DNA of 64,000 bases from Squalus acanthias (lineage: Eukaryota), in contig CM059432.1 in the NCBI GenBank assembly GCA_030390025.1, positions 108,254,001 through 108,318,000 on the forward strand, in the 5' to 3' direction. Made by a program: the position numbers and the translations under genes. Under the pieces are notes generated by a model that ran no database searches, had not been told where the DNA came from, and worked only from the letters and a program-made list of their open reading frames with translations. Positions 11,665 to 24,970 of the stretch are shown here, one piece after another; the stretch's first letter is position 1, and the number at the start of each line of letters is the position of its first letter.

Positions 11665-12615
11665 TTAGTTTAAACCCCCCCCAACAGTACTGGCAAACCT
11701 CCCCGCAAGGATGTTGGTCCCGTTCCGGTTCAGGTGCAACCCGTCTGACTTGTACAGGTCCCACCTTCCCCAGAAGCAGACCCAGTGATCCAGGAAACTA
11801 AAGCCCTCCCTCCTGCACCAACTCTTTAGCCACGCATTCATCTGCTCTATCCTCCTATTCCTATACTCACTAGCACGTGGCACCGGGAGTAATCCAGAGA
11901 TTACAACCTTTGAGGTCCTGCTTTTTAATCTGCTACCTAGCTCCCTAAATTCTTGTTGCAGGACCTCATCCCTCTTTCTACCCATGTCGTTGGTACCAAT
12001 GTGAACCACGATCTCTGACTGTTCGCTCTCCCCCTTCAGAATGCCCTGCAGCCGTTCAGTGACATCCTTGACCCTGGCACCAGGGAGGCAACATACCATC
12101 CTGGAGTCACGTCTGCGGCCACAGAAACGTCTATCTGTTCCCCTTACGATAGAATCCCCTATCACTATTGCTCTCCCACTCTTTTTCCTCCCCTCCTGTG
12201 CAGCTGAGCCAGTCATAGTGCCACGGACTTGGCTCTTGCTGCATTCCCCTGAGAAACCCTCTCCCCCATCAGTATCCAAAACGGAAAATCTGTCGGAGTG
12301 GGAGATTGACCCAGGGGACTTCTGCACTACCTTCCTAGTTCTTTTACTCTGTCTGGTGGTCACCCATTCCCTATCTGCTTGTGCACTCTTTACCTGCGGT
12401 GTGACCACCTTGTTAAACGTGCTATCCACGAAGATCTCAGCTTCGCAGATGCTCCACAGTGACTCCAGCCGCAGCTCCAGATCCGAAACATGGATTTCGA
12501 GTAGCTGCAGCTGGAGACACTTCCTGCACATGTGTTCGCCCTGGACACCTAAAGTGTCCCTGACTTCCAACATAGCACAGGAGGAGCACTCCACGTTGCT
12601 GAGCTGCCCTGCCAT
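11665..12615 (-). CDS. CR1 ORF1p: zinc finger/leucine zipper plus SGNH esterase domain, intact (316 aa)
   Basis: CSSC...CRKC, leucine heptads, IVIGDSIVR, LPGARV, HIGTND, DGLHLN. Confidence 0.9.
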   Translation of the reverse strand: MAGQLSNVECSSCAMLEVRDTLGVQGEHMCRKCLQLQLLEIHVSDLELRLESLWSICEAEIFVDSTFNKVVTPQVKSAQADREWVTTRQSKRTRKVVQKSPGSISHSDRFSVLDTDGGEGFSGECSKSQVRGTMTGSAAQEGRKKSGRAIVIGDSIVRGTDRRFCGRRRDSRMVCCLPGARVKDVTERLQGILKGESEQSEIVVHIGTNDMGRKRDEVLQQEFRELGSRLKSRTSKVVISGLLPVPRASEYRNRRIEQMNAWLKSWCRREGFSFLDHWVCFWGRWDLYKSDGLHLNRNGTNILAGRFASTVGGGLN

Positions 12616-12855
12616 GTCCTACCCTTAATTTACTCCCTTTAAATTAAAGAATATTAAATACACTAGGGACCTTACTTCCCTTTAAACACTACTTACTCCA
12701 AACTAGAGACCTTACTTTTACTTTAATGACTAGAATGTAGAAATACTGTAGAAATACTCACCGCTGGTTCTCTGTCCCCTCTTGTGCAGCTTTTTAGCTC
12801 CTGCTCTCCTGGAAGCTGACAAAGATGGAAAAAGAAAGGAACACCTTCCTCCCCT

Positions 12856-13170
12856 TTACCACATGGATTGTAGCAGTTCAAGAAGGCAGCTTACCACCAT
12901 CTTCTCAAGGGCAATTACGGATGGGAAATAAATGTTGGCCTTGCCAGCGAAACCTACATCCCGTGAATGAATAATAAAAGAAAGCACCGCTGGGTCAAAT
13001 CCTGGAACTCCCTATCTAACAGCACTGTGGGAGTACAGTGACCACACGGATTGCAGCGGTTCATGAAGGTGGCACAGCACCACCTTCTCAACGACAACTA
13101 GGGATGGGCAACAATTCCCATATCATAAGAATGCCATCAATGCCCATACCATAAGAATGACTAAGAAAAA
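12856..13170 (+). mobile_element. Two successive 3' ends of the second LINE family
   Basis: CACCATCTTCTCAAGGGCAATT..GGATGGG..AATAAA, then a second AAATCCTGGAACTCCC...CACCACCTTCTCAA copy. Confidence 0.75.
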
Positions 13171-13354
13171 CAATACAATGCCTCAAAATTCTGATAGATC
13201 TCGATGTTAACACTCATGGTTCGATTTGTGCCCAAGATGGTTCATGGAGTGTTTGCCTACTGCCTGGAAAAGCAACAATTCACAGGTACAACTCTGTGTC
13301 TTGAAATATGAACTAAGACAAAGGAAATCAAAATGTAGTCCAGAACATCTCTCA

Positions 13355-13760
13355 CAATCATAGAATTATACAGCACAGAAGGAGGCCATTTGGCCCATGG
13401 TGCCTGTGCCGGCTCCTTGGTAGAGCTATCCAATTAATCCCACTCCCCCATCCTTTCCTTATAGCCCTGCAATTTTTTTCTTTTCAAGTATATATTCTAT
13501 TCCCTTTTGAAAGTTATTATTGAATCTACTTCCACCACTTTTGTAGGCAGTACATTCCAGGTCATAACAACTCGCTGCTTTAAAAAATTCTCCTCATCTC
13601 CCCTCTGGTTCTTTTGCCAAATATCTTAAATCTGTGTCCTTTGGTTACCAACCCACCTGCCACTGGAAACAGTTTCTCCTTATTTATCAAAACCCTTCAT
13701 CCCTTAGCCTTCCCTGCTCTAAAGAGAACAATTCCAGCTTTTCTAGTTTCTCCGATAAGT
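13355..13760 (-). mobile_element. CR1 3' fragment
   Basis: ATCATAGAA..ACAGCACAGAAGGAGGCCATT 3'-end signature; same as the copy at about 49940. Confidence 0.75.
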
Positions 13761-14329
13761 AAAGATGTCAATCAAACGACACAAGAACTACCTAATTCAC
13801 TGATTATACTAGTATAAAGGGCAACCCTGATAAAAAGTCATCACCTTCTGTGACCCCTCCCCAGTTGGGCTAACCAGAACCACTAATGGCTGCAGAAACA
13901 ATCCATCGCCTCAGTGTTGAGTCATTCCCGGTGGTGCCTACACATGGGTCAGGAATGTGTATTGCACCTGATATAGAGACACAGAGAAATCTTCCAGAAA
14001 GAAAAGGAGACATTTTGAACTTGTCACAAGCCTGCCAAGCGATAAATTCCCATAACAAAATATTAACAATGTAGGCCAATAAATTTGATCACTTATGGGT
14101 CCATTCCATGCTGGAAGTGCACCATCCTCCATATTGGATCAGGCTCCTCCGTAGGCATCCAGGGCACGTACTGGAAGCGTGTAAAAGGCTCATTGTAATA
14201 TTTAAATAAGGGTCCTATGATTGTTGTAGAGCCTTTTTGCGAAAGGTTGCTGGTTAACTTCTGGATATTTTTTGGCCTGTTTTCTGTCTTTGACGACAGA
14301 ATTCTCACTTTTGCTAACAAGTTTTTGCT

Positions 14330-15975
14330 GGTGCAGGATTGCTTTTGTCTGCCTTCACGACAGTTTTATTGCTGTTTGGTAGATCTGCCTTTGCAGCTGG
14401 GGGATGAGGGGGGAGAACCCAGGAAGACAGGAGAGAGCAAGAGCAGCTGGGAAAGAGGGAGGAGGAGGGAAATGCGCAGAAGGCTTTACCCACAATGGGT
14501 CTTCACAGAGCATTTATCCTAACTTAACTTTACTAAGGAGCAATGTATGAGGCTTCACAAAGGAGGCTGTCACTGAGCCATGACATCTGCTACAGCCCGA
14601 ATTCAAGTCACAAACTAGGGCATGGACATCACTGCCTGTGGCTGTCCAGGCCATTATGGCCCTTAACCTTTATGCAATGGGCTCCTTTCAGGTGACATCA
14701 CCCACATCACCCAGTTTGCTGTTTACCATTGTATCAGGGAGGTCACTGAGGCTCTCTACACCAGATGAACATTTACATATCTTCCCTATTGACAGAGCAA
14801 AGCAGGATGAGAAAGCAATAGGCTTCACCCGCATTGCAAGCTTCTCCAAGGTCCAAGGTCCAAGGTCCAAGGAGGAAGAGCAGGGCAACAAGGGCTACCC
14901 CCTTCAGACATGGCTGGGTTTCCTGTCAGGAACCTGGGCACAGCTACAATGTGAGTCATGCTGCCACCAGAGATATCATTGAGCAGACTGTCGACTTATT
15001 CAAGCAATGCTTCCACTGCCTGGACCATTTGGGAGGAGCTTTACATTACAGCCCTGGCCATGTACCCAGATTTGTGGTTGTGTGCTGCATGCTGTATAAT
15101 TACACAATAATGAGGGACTGGCCCCTACCACCACCTGAGCAGCAAGAAATGCAGGAGGAGGAGGAGGAAGAGCAGGAGCAACATCGATCACTAGTGGCCA
15201 ACCTGCCAGAGTTCTCAGAGAGCAACTCATCCATGAGTGCTTCACATGAACCATCCCTCCCACCCCTAATACACCAACAGTCCCACAATACTTAGCATTA
15301 CCATCCTTACTACCACTGTCCAATTGTCTTCCTTCAGTCCAGTCTAATGAGTCTTGCCCAAAAATGCAAGTTCATTCTTTCATTTCACTACAAATATTAA
15401 TACCAACACCAAATCCAGAACAAAAATCTCCAACAATTCTATTCCATCTCTGTATAATATTTAACAGGAATAATTAAGAATCACTCTACTGCAACCCCTT
15501 AGTGCCTGTCTTCTGTGTTTGTTTACCTCTTTCTAGTGCTCCTATGAAGTGTATTCCCAATGGCTACAGATTGGGAGGTGGAAGTCTGCTGAGCTACCAT
15601 TGCAGACACTTCAGATGACCGTGTTGGGTGACCTCGAGCAGCTCTGTGTCTTGAGGACTCAGCTGCAGACTGCAGCATCTTGGCTGGCTGTGTGGCACTA
15701 ACAAGGGCATTCGTGGAGTGGGTGGTCAGGGTGCAGGCATGCCATCATCCTGAGAGAGGACAGCAGGTGCCTCTCAGATAGAGCCCAGGCCATTCTCCTG
15801 GGATGGTATTGGAGAACCTGGGGACCTGATCTGCAGGTCTTGCAGCAATTTCTCACTTTACAAACATCCTATGCTGTCTGCAGCCAGAGTGCACGTCCCC
15901 TTTACAAGCATCCTATGCTGTCTGCAGCCAGAGTGCACGTCCCCTTTAAGAGGTGCTGGCTGCCTTTAAGTGTCA
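14330..15975 (+). mobile_element. Decayed Harbinger copy (transposase and Myb exon-3 remnants)
   Basis: RRLYPQWVFTEHLS, ALNLYAMGSFQ, HAATRDIIEQTV.LFKQCFHCLDH.GGALHYSP..V.RFVVVCCML; multiple stops and frameshifts. Confidence 0.85.
15856..15948. repeat. 44-bp tandem duplication
   Basis: CTTTACAA(A/G)CATCCTATGCTGTCTGCAGCCAGAGTGCACGTCCC twice. Confidence 0.85.
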
Positions 15976-16329
15976 TCAGTCGAGCCTGATTTCCTGCCAC
16001 CCCCCTCCTGTTTTCTAGGCCATAGACTGTTTTGTGATTTGAAACAAGATAGATCTGTCACAGTATTGCTATCTTAAAAAAGTCCCAGACACACAGTTTT
16101 ACTGACAAAAGGTCTCTAATTTATGAGCTGTCTGTAATGAAAATGTGACACATTGACCTCACTCAAGGTAGCTACTTGTGTATGGGATTGAGCACACCTC
16201 TAAACGTCACCTCAGATGGTGGGTAGGCCAGGTGAAGGTTAGCAGTGAAACCCAGGCAGAGAGGACCTGTGGGAAGAAGGGAGGAGGACAGTAGGAGTAT
16301 GTTTGTGTGTGTGTGCTAGGCCAATGTAG

Positions 16330-19300
16330 CAGAGCCAAGCCTCCAATCGTCTTGGATCCTCTTGCCATTGGACCAAGACCTTGCTCTGTCAAGCCCGTGT
16401 GGTAGCTGGTGTGCAACGGCCACCCCACATTAAAAGAATTCATGAACAGGCATCTTCCATCGTTTAAAATGAAGTTCGGGACCTGGAACGTCAGGACCCT
16501 CATGGACAACCCCAACAGCGACTGACCGGAACGCCGTACTGCTATCGTTGCCCGGGAGTTCAGACATTTTGACATAGACATCGCCGCCCTAAGCGAGACC
16601 CGGCGGGCAGGGGAAGGCCAGCTCAAGGAGCAAGGTGGTGGTTACACCTTCTTCTGGAAAGGCAAACCTGAAGAAGAACGCCGCCTCCATGGGGGAGGCT
16701 TCGCCATAACAAATGAGCTAGTTGAACGTCTCAGAGACTCCCCTTGTGAAATAAACGAATGCCTCATGAATCTACGGCTCACCCTAGCCCGGAACCAATG
16801 CGCTACGGTCATCAGTGCGTACGCCCCAACACTGGAAGCCACAGGCGAGACCAAACAGGAATTCTACTCGAGCCTCGAACAATCCCTGTCCCAAGTCCCA
16901 ACGGGTGACAAGCTGATACTCCTTGGCGACTTCAACGCCAGAGTTGGAAAGGACACAGACCTCTGGGGAGGTGTGATCGGCAGAGAGGGGTTAGGGAAAG
17001 CCAACTCCAATGGTACCCTCCTCCTGACGAAATGCTTAGAACATGGCCTTGTCATAACCAAAACCTTGTTCCGTCAGAGAGACAAGTAAAAGGCTTCATG
17101 GCAACCCTCGCTATAAGCACTGGCATCTGCTGGACTACGTCATCGTCCGAGCGAGGGACCGCAAGGACGTACACATCACCCGCGCCATGACAGGAGCTGA
17201 GGACTGCTGGACAGACCACCGCCTAATCTGCGGTGCCCACAGCACCGGGTCTGCACTCAAGGCCTCCATAATCAGCACCTGTGAAGAGACGCTCGGTCAC
17301 TCGACCAGGAAACACCAAGACTGGTTCGACGAGAATGACCAGGAGATCCAGGAGCTAATAAGCCATAAGCACAAGGCATTCCTGATCTGGAAACAGCAAC
17401 AGAATTCGAGAGCAAGAAAGCAGCTCTGCAGACACCTGAAGGCCGAGGTCCAACAAAAAACTCGCGACCTAAAGAACAGATGGTGGGTGGAGAAAGCACA
17501 GGAGATCCAGCAGCTAGCCGACAACCACGACATGCGTGGATTCTTTAGCGCGGTCAAGACCACGTACAGCCCAAGCACCCAAGGTCCTACCCCACTGCGG
17601 GCCAAGAATGGAGAGATACTCATCAAGGACAGAGAGGCAGTCAGTCAGTGCCCGCTGGAAGGAGCACTTCGAAGATCTCCTTAACCGAGACTCTGTCTTC
17701 GACACGAGTGTCCTCAACTCCATCCCGCAGCATGCCACCCGCCACCACCTCAGCACAACCCCAGCCCGGCATGAGGTTGAAAAGGCCATCCGACAACTGA
17801 AGAACAACAAGGCCTCAGGAGCAGATGGAATCCCCGCCGAGGCGCTAAAACATTGCGAAGAAGCACAATTGGCGCGAATACATGAACTCATTTCTCTTAT
17901 ATGGAAGGAGGAGAGCATGCCAGGGGATCTCAGAGACGCCGTAATCGTGACCATCTTCATAAAGGTGACAAGACCAATTGCGGTAATTACAGAGGAGTCT
18001 CCATGCTGCCTGCCACAGGGAAAGTCATCACAAGAATCCTCCTCAATCGCCTTCTCCCAGTGGCTGAAGAGCTCCTCCCAGAGTCGCAATGCGGATTCCG
18101 CCCACTAAGGGGCACAATGGACATGATCTTCACCGCACGTCAACTACAAGAGAAATGCAGGGAACAGTACCAACCACTGTACATGGCCTTCTTTGACCTC
18201 ACAAAGGCCTTCGACACCGTCAACCGTGAGGGATTATGGAGTGTCCTCCTCAAATTCGGCTGCCCTCAAAAGTTTGTCACCATCCTCCACCTGCTTCACG
18301 ACGACATGCAAGCCGTGATCCTGACCGACGGATCCACCACAGACCCAATTCACGTATGAACCAGGTCAAGCAAGGCTGTGTCATCGCACCAACACTCTTC
18401 TCGATCTTCCTGGCTGCAAAGCTCCATCTCACCGTCAGTAAGCTCCTTGCTGGAGTGGAACTAATCTACAGAACAAACGGGAAACAGTTCAACCTCTGTC
18501 GCCTCCAGTCCAGATCCAAGGTCATCCCATCCTCTGTCATCAAATTACAGTATGCAGATGACGCTTGCGTCTGCGCACACTCTGAGGCCGAACTCCAAAC
18601 CATCGTCAACACCTTCACCATAGAAACATAGAAAAATAGGAGCAGGAGTAGGCCATTCGGCCCTTCGAGCCTGCTCCGCCATTCAATATGATCATGGCTG
18701 ATCCTCTATCTCAATACCATATTCCCGCTCCCTCCCCATACCCCTTGATGCCTTTTGTGTCTAGAAATCTATCTATCTCCTTCTTAAATATATTCAGGGA
18801 CTTGGCCTCCACAGCCTTCTGTGGTAGAGAATTCCACAGGTTCACCACCCTCTGAGTGAAGAAATTTCTCCTCATCTCAGTCCTAAATGTCCTACCCCAT
18901 ATCCTGAGACTGTGACCCTTCATTCTAGACCCCCAAGCCAGGGGAATCATCCTCCCTGCATCCAGTCTGTCTAGCCCTGTCAGAATTTTATATGTTTCAA
19001 TGAGATCCCCTCTCATTCTTCAAAACTCTAGTGAATACAGGCCTAGTCGACCCAATCTCTCCTCATAGGACAGTCCTGCCATCCCAGGAATCAGTCTGGT
19101 GAACCTTCGCTGCACTCCCTCTCTAGCAAGTATATCCTTTCTTAGGTAAGGAGACCAAAACTGCACACAGTACTCCAGGTGTGGTCTCACCAAGGCCCTG
19201 TATAACTGTAGTAAGACATCCTTGCGCCTGTACTCAAATCCTCTTGCAATGAAGGCCAACATACCATTTGCCTTCCTAACTGCCTGCTGCACCTGCATGT

Positions 19301-21690
19301 TTGCTTTCAGTGACTGGTGTACAAGGACACCCAGGTCCCTTTGTACATCAGCATTTCCCAATCTATCACCATTTAAATAATACTCTACCTTTCTGTTTTT
19401 CCTACCGAAGTGGATAACTTCACATTTATCCATGTTATACTGCATCTGCCATGTATTTGCCCACTCACTCAACTTGTCTAAATTGCCTTGAAGCCTCTTT
19501 GCATCCTTCTCACAACTCACAATCCAATCTAGTTTCGTGTCGTCAGCAAACTTGGAAATATTACATTTGGTTCCCTCATCCAAATCATTGGTATATATTG
19601 TGAATAGCTGAGGCCCAAGCACTGATCCCTGCGGTACTCCACTAGTCACCGCCTGCCACCCCAAAAAAGACCCATTTAGTCCTACTCTCTGTTTCCTGTC
19701 TGTTAACCAATTTTCAATCCATGTCAGTATATTACCCCCAATCCCAAGTGCTTTAATTTTGCACACTAACCTCTTATGTGGGACTTTATCAAAGACCTCC
19801 TGAAAATCCAAATACACCACATCCACTGGTTCTCCCTTATCTATTCTACCAGTTACATCCTCAAACAACTCCAGTAGGTTTGTCAAACACGATTTCCCTT
19901 TCATAAATCCATGTTGACTTTGTCTAATCCCGTTGATATTTTCTAAGTGTCCTGTTATCACATCCTTTATAATAGACTCTAGCATTTTTCCTCCCACTGA
20001 TGTTAGGCGAACCAATCTGTAGTTCCCTGTTTTCTCTCTCCCTCCTTTTTTAAATAATGGGGTTATATTTGCCACCCTCCAATCTGCAGGAACTGTTCCA
20101 TAATCTATAGAATTTTGGAAGATGACAACCAATGCATCCACTATTTCCATGGCTACCTCTTTTAGTACTCTGGGATGTAGATTATCAGGCCCTGGGGATT
20201 TATCGGCTTTCAGTCCCATTAATTTCTCCAGCATTATTTTTTTACTAATACTAATTTCCTTTAATTCCTCCTTCTCACTAGACCCTTGGTTCCGTAGCAT
20301 TTCTGGGAAGTTATTTCTGTCCTCTTCCGTGAAGACAGAACCAAAGTATTTGTTTAATTGCTCTGCCATTTCCTTGTACCCCATTATAAATTCCCCCGTT
20401 TCTGACTGTAGGGGACCTACATTTGTCTTCACTAATCTTTTTCTTTTTACATACTTGTAGAAGCTTTTACAATCCGCTTTTATGTTCCTTGCAAGTTTAC
20501 TCTCAAACTCTATTTTTCCCCTCTTAATCAATCTCTTGGTCCTTTTTTGCTGAACTCTAAACTGCTCCCAATCCTCAGGCTTGCTACTTTTTCTGGCAAC
20601 TTTTTATGACTCCTCTTTGGATCTAATACTATCCTTAATTTCTTTTGTTAGCCATGGTTGTGCCGCTTTTCCTTTTGTGTTTTTGCGCCAGAAAGGAATG
20701 TATAACTTCATGTATTCGTTCCTTAAATGTTAGCCATTGCCTATCCACCGTCATGCCTTTTAATGAAGCTCCCCAATCTATCATAGCCAACTCACTCCTC
20801 ACACCATTGTAGTTTCCTTTGTTTAGATTTGGGACCCTAGTTTCGGATTGGGCTTCTTCACTTTCCATTCACCGAAGCATACGAGAGCATGGGCCTTACA
20901 CTAAACATCCGTAAGACAAACGTCCTCTACCAACGTGCCCCCGCCACACAGTACTGCCCCCCGATTATCAAAATCCACGTCAAGGCCTTGGACAACGTGG
21001 ACCACTTTCCATACCTCGGGAGCCTACTGTCAACAAGGGCAGACGTCGATGACGAAGTCCAACACCGCCTTCAGTCACCTGAGAAAGACAGTGTTTGAAG
21101 ACCAGGACCTCAAACCCAGCACCAAGCTCATGGTCTACAGAGCAGTAGTGATACCCTCCCTCCTGTATGCTTCAGAGACATGGATCATGTACAGCAGGCA
21201 CCTCAAAGCACTGGAGAGGTACCACCAATGCTGCCTTCGCAAGATCCTGCAAATCCATTGGCAGGATAGGCGCACCAACGTCAGTGTTCTTGCTCAGGCC
21301 AACATCCCCAGCTTCGAAGCTTTGACCACGCTCGATCAGCTCCGATGGACGGGCCACATCATCCACATGCCCGATACGAGACTCCCAAAACAAGCGCTCT
21401 ACTCGGAGCTCCGACGCGGCAAGAGAGCCCCAAGTGGGCAGAGGAAACACTTCAAGGACAACCTCAAAGCTTCCTTGAAAAAGTGCAACATCCCCACCAA
21501 ACAGCAGAAGGAGCGCACTTCAACCCAAGCACCCCACCCACCCGCCCCTTCAACCACCGCCTGCCCCACCTGTGACAGAGACTGTAGGTCCCGCATTGGA
21601 CTCATCAGTCACCTGAGAACTCATTTTTAGTGTGGAAGCAAGTCATCCTCGGTTCCGAGGGACTACCTCAGAAGAGAAGAAGAAGAAGAG
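16330..21690 (+). mobile_element. RTE-clade LINE, near full length, degenerate, split by a CR1
   Basis: MKFGTWNVRTL, ALSET, ISAYAPT, LLGDFNARVG, LPESQCGFR, AFFDLTKAFDTV, QYADD, C-terminal CPTC..SRIGLISHLRTH, (GAA)n tail near 21670-21690. Confidence 0.9.
18620..20867 (-). mobile_element. 5'-truncated CR1 inserted in the RTE element
   Basis: RT ORFs 19020..20531 and 18711..19016; TTCACC duplicated at 18614-18619 and 20868-20873. Confidence 0.93.
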
Positions 21691-22656
21691 CAGTAAAGGT
21701 CCTATGTCACAATATTGTGTCTGATGGATGAGATGGGCCCTGCCTGCACATGGGAAATGCTGTAATGGTGTTGCGGCATTGTGATGTGGAGGAGGATGGA
21801 CGTGAATCCAGATACAGGGTCATTCATGACCATTCATTGCAGCCAGGAAGATCCCCGGCTGGCTCCAGATTGGCCTACTCCTGCTCCTATTTCTTATGTT
21901 CTTATGTTCTTATCACACTGGATCAAAATATGCCAGGCATAGGATGTGCAAAGCAACTACCCCACGTAAATCCTACTCAAGACTGTAATGTTTAAGATTG
22001 GAGGTGGAGTGAGAGTTGAAAGTCCTTTGGTGATAGGCAATTGGCAAAACGATAGGTGTAAATGACGATGGTGACCGAAGTTGCACACCTGCACATAGGT
22101 ATCTAATCCAAAACTGAAGCAGTTACATCTTCTGGTCATATCCTGAGTGACCGAGCAGCACTTTTTAAGATCACACTGCTCATTCTACACAGGAAGGGGC
22201 TATAAAAGGTGCACAAAACATTGTCCACTTCTCATCAATTTGAGCAACATCCTGCAATGGACAAACAACTCAATTTTGTATTGAATAAACCAGCCCACCA
22301 TTCACCATTGTGAAACAGAATACACAGACACCTCTAAACGGAAACCTGAACAATCGAGAATATTGCACGGCCCCTATCTTGAGAAAATGAGATAAACCTT
22401 GCTACAGACCACACAAAATCACATATGCAGCACACAACTCGGAGAAGCATCAACGTGATCTAGTAGAAAGGAGGATCGAGAGAAATGCACAAATGGATCA
22501 CCAAGACCAGCGTCCAATCTATCTATTGTGCATGGAGTGTGGTTGTGGCCTGACCTGCATGATGTCTCAAGAAGCTGGAAAAGCCACCAACATTTTATCC
22601 AATGCCAATGACTTTGTCACAAGATTTCCACCATATTACACTGAGCATTACATTTT

Positions 22657-24970
22657 ATACATAGATACATAGAAGATAGGAGCAGGAGTAGGCCATCCGG
22701 CCCTTCGAGCCTGCTCCGCCATTTAATGAGATCATGGCTGATCCTCCAATTCAGTATCCCGTCCCCTCCTTCTCTCCGTAACCCTTAACCCCTTTTGCCT
22801 GTAGAAATATATCTAATTCCCTCTTAAATATATTTAATGAGCTGGCGTACACTGCCCTCTGTGGCAATGAGTTCCACAGGTTCACCACCCTCTGAGTGAA
22901 GAAATTCCCCCTCATTTCTGTCCTAAATGGTTTAGCCCTTATCCTTAAATTATGTCCTCTAGTTCTGTTCTCACCCGCCAAGGGAAACATTCCTTCTGCA
23001 TCTAGTCTGTCTAGACCTGTCAGAATTTTATACACTTCTATGAGGTCCCCTCTCAATCTTCTAAACTCCAGTGTGTACATCCCTAAACTACATAGTCTCT
23101 CCTCATAGGTCAATCCCGCCATTCCTGGTATCAGCCTGGTGAATCGCCGCTGCACCCCCTCCATGGCAAGAACATCTTTCCTCAGATGAGGCGACCAAAA
23201 CTGTACACAGTACTCGAGGTGTGGTCTCACCAGTGCCCTGTACAGCTGCAGCAAGGTATCCCTGTTCCTGTATTCCAACCCTTTTGCTATGAAGGCCAGC
23301 ATACCGTTTGCCTTCTTGACCGCCTGTTGCACCTGCATGCTCGCCTTCAGTGACTGGTGTACAAGAACACCCAGGTCTCTCTGTACTTCCCCCTCTCCCA
23401 ATTTATTGCCATTTAAATAATAATTTGCCCTCCCGTTCCTGCACCCAAGGTGGATAACTTCGCACTTGTCCACATTATAGTGCATCTGCCATTTATCCGC
23501 CCAATCACCCAGTCTGTCCAAATCGCTCTGGAGCTTCCTGGTCTCCTCCTCTGAGCCCACCCCCCCTCCGAGTTTAGTGTCGTCTGCAAATTTGGAAATG
23601 CTGCATCCGACTCCCTGATCCAGGTCATTAATGTAAATTGTGAACAGCTGGGGACCCAGGACAGATCCCTGCGGTACCCCACTTGTTACTGCCTCCCATT
23701 CAGAAAATGAGCCGTTTATTCCAACTCTCTGTTTTCTATCTGACAGCCAGTTCTCTATCCACGTCAATACTTTCCCCTTTATCCCATGAGCTTCAATTTT
23801 CCCTGCTAATCTTTTCTGTGGGACCTTATCGAAGGCCTTTTGGAAGTCCAGGTACACCACATCTACTGGCTCTCCCCCATCTATTTTACCAGTTACTCCC
23901 TCAAAAAATTCCAATAGATTAGTCAAGCACGATTTACCCTTTGTAAATCCATGTTGACTCTGTCCTATCCTGTCCCCATTTGCTAAGTGCTCCGCTATTT
24001 CATCCTTAATGATGGACTCCAGCATTTTGCCCACAACTGATGTAAGGCTTACAGGTCTGTAATTACCTGCTTTTTCCCTACCCCCCTTTTTGAATAGTGG
24101 GGTAACGTTAGCTACCCTCCAATCCATGGGCACTGTTCCCGAGTCTAATGAATTCTGAAAAATCATACTTAGTGCATCCGCTATCTCTAGGGCCACCTCC
24201 TTCAGCACCCTAGGATGCATGTTATCAGGCCCTGGGGATTTGTCCGCCTTCAATCCCTTTAGCTTCCTTAACACCATATCCTTAGAGATATTGATTTGCG
24301 TCAGTTCCTCCTTTGCAAATGTCCCTATTTTTCCCGATATCCCAGGGAGGTTTTTTGTGTCTTCCTTCGTAAAGACTGACCCAAAGTATGCATTTAGTTG
24401 GTCTGCCATTTCCTTATTTCCTGTTATATATTCCCCCGTATCTGACTGCAATGGGCCAACTTTGGTTTTCACCAGTCTTTTCCTCTTGATATACTTATAA
24501 AAGCTTTTGGAGTTAGTTTTTATATTTTCCGCCAGCTTGCTTTCGTAAGCTATTTTGCCCCTCTTGATTAAGCCCTTTGTCCTCCTTTGCTCTATCTTAA
24601 ACTGTTCCCAATCTTCCGCTCTGGCGCTTTTTTTGGCTATTTTATACGCCCTATCTTTGGATTTTATGCTGTCTCTAATTTCCCCTGTTATCCACGGTTG
24701 AGTCACCTTTTTAGATTTCCTTTTATGCCAGATTGGTATAAACAATTTTTGCAATTTTGTCATTCTATCTTTAAATGCTTGCCATTGTTTATCTACCTCC
24801 AGTCCTCCCAGGAACGTTGTCCAATCAGACCTACTCAGTTCCCGTCTAATGGCATCATAATTCCCCTTGTTTAAATTCAGGACCTTAGTATCTGAGTCAA
24901 TTTCTTCGCTCTCCATTTCGAGTGAGAAATCGATCATGTTATGATCGCTCTGACCCAAGGGTCCCCGTTG
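22657..24970 (-). mobile_element. 5'-truncated CR1 with an uninterrupted ORF2 remainder (about 740 codons)
   Basis: ORF 22751..25147 is CR1-like from GPLGQSDH to the stop; tail repeat ATACATAG. Confidence 0.92.

Larger units (their letters stand above)
8676..12855 (-). mobile_element. Near full-length CR1 LINE (5' UTR, ORF1, disrupted ORF2, 3' UTR)
   Basis: ORF1 esterase, APE endonuclease and RT pieces in order. The remainder of its 3' tail repeat (ATAGAGTC) lies at about 4501-4512, on the other side of the Harbinger. Confidence 0.92.

Noticed and set aside
21700..22655. Possible ancient retroelement coding remnant (also 1900-2330 and 13820-14330)
   Set aside because: No diagnostic motif recognised without a profile search
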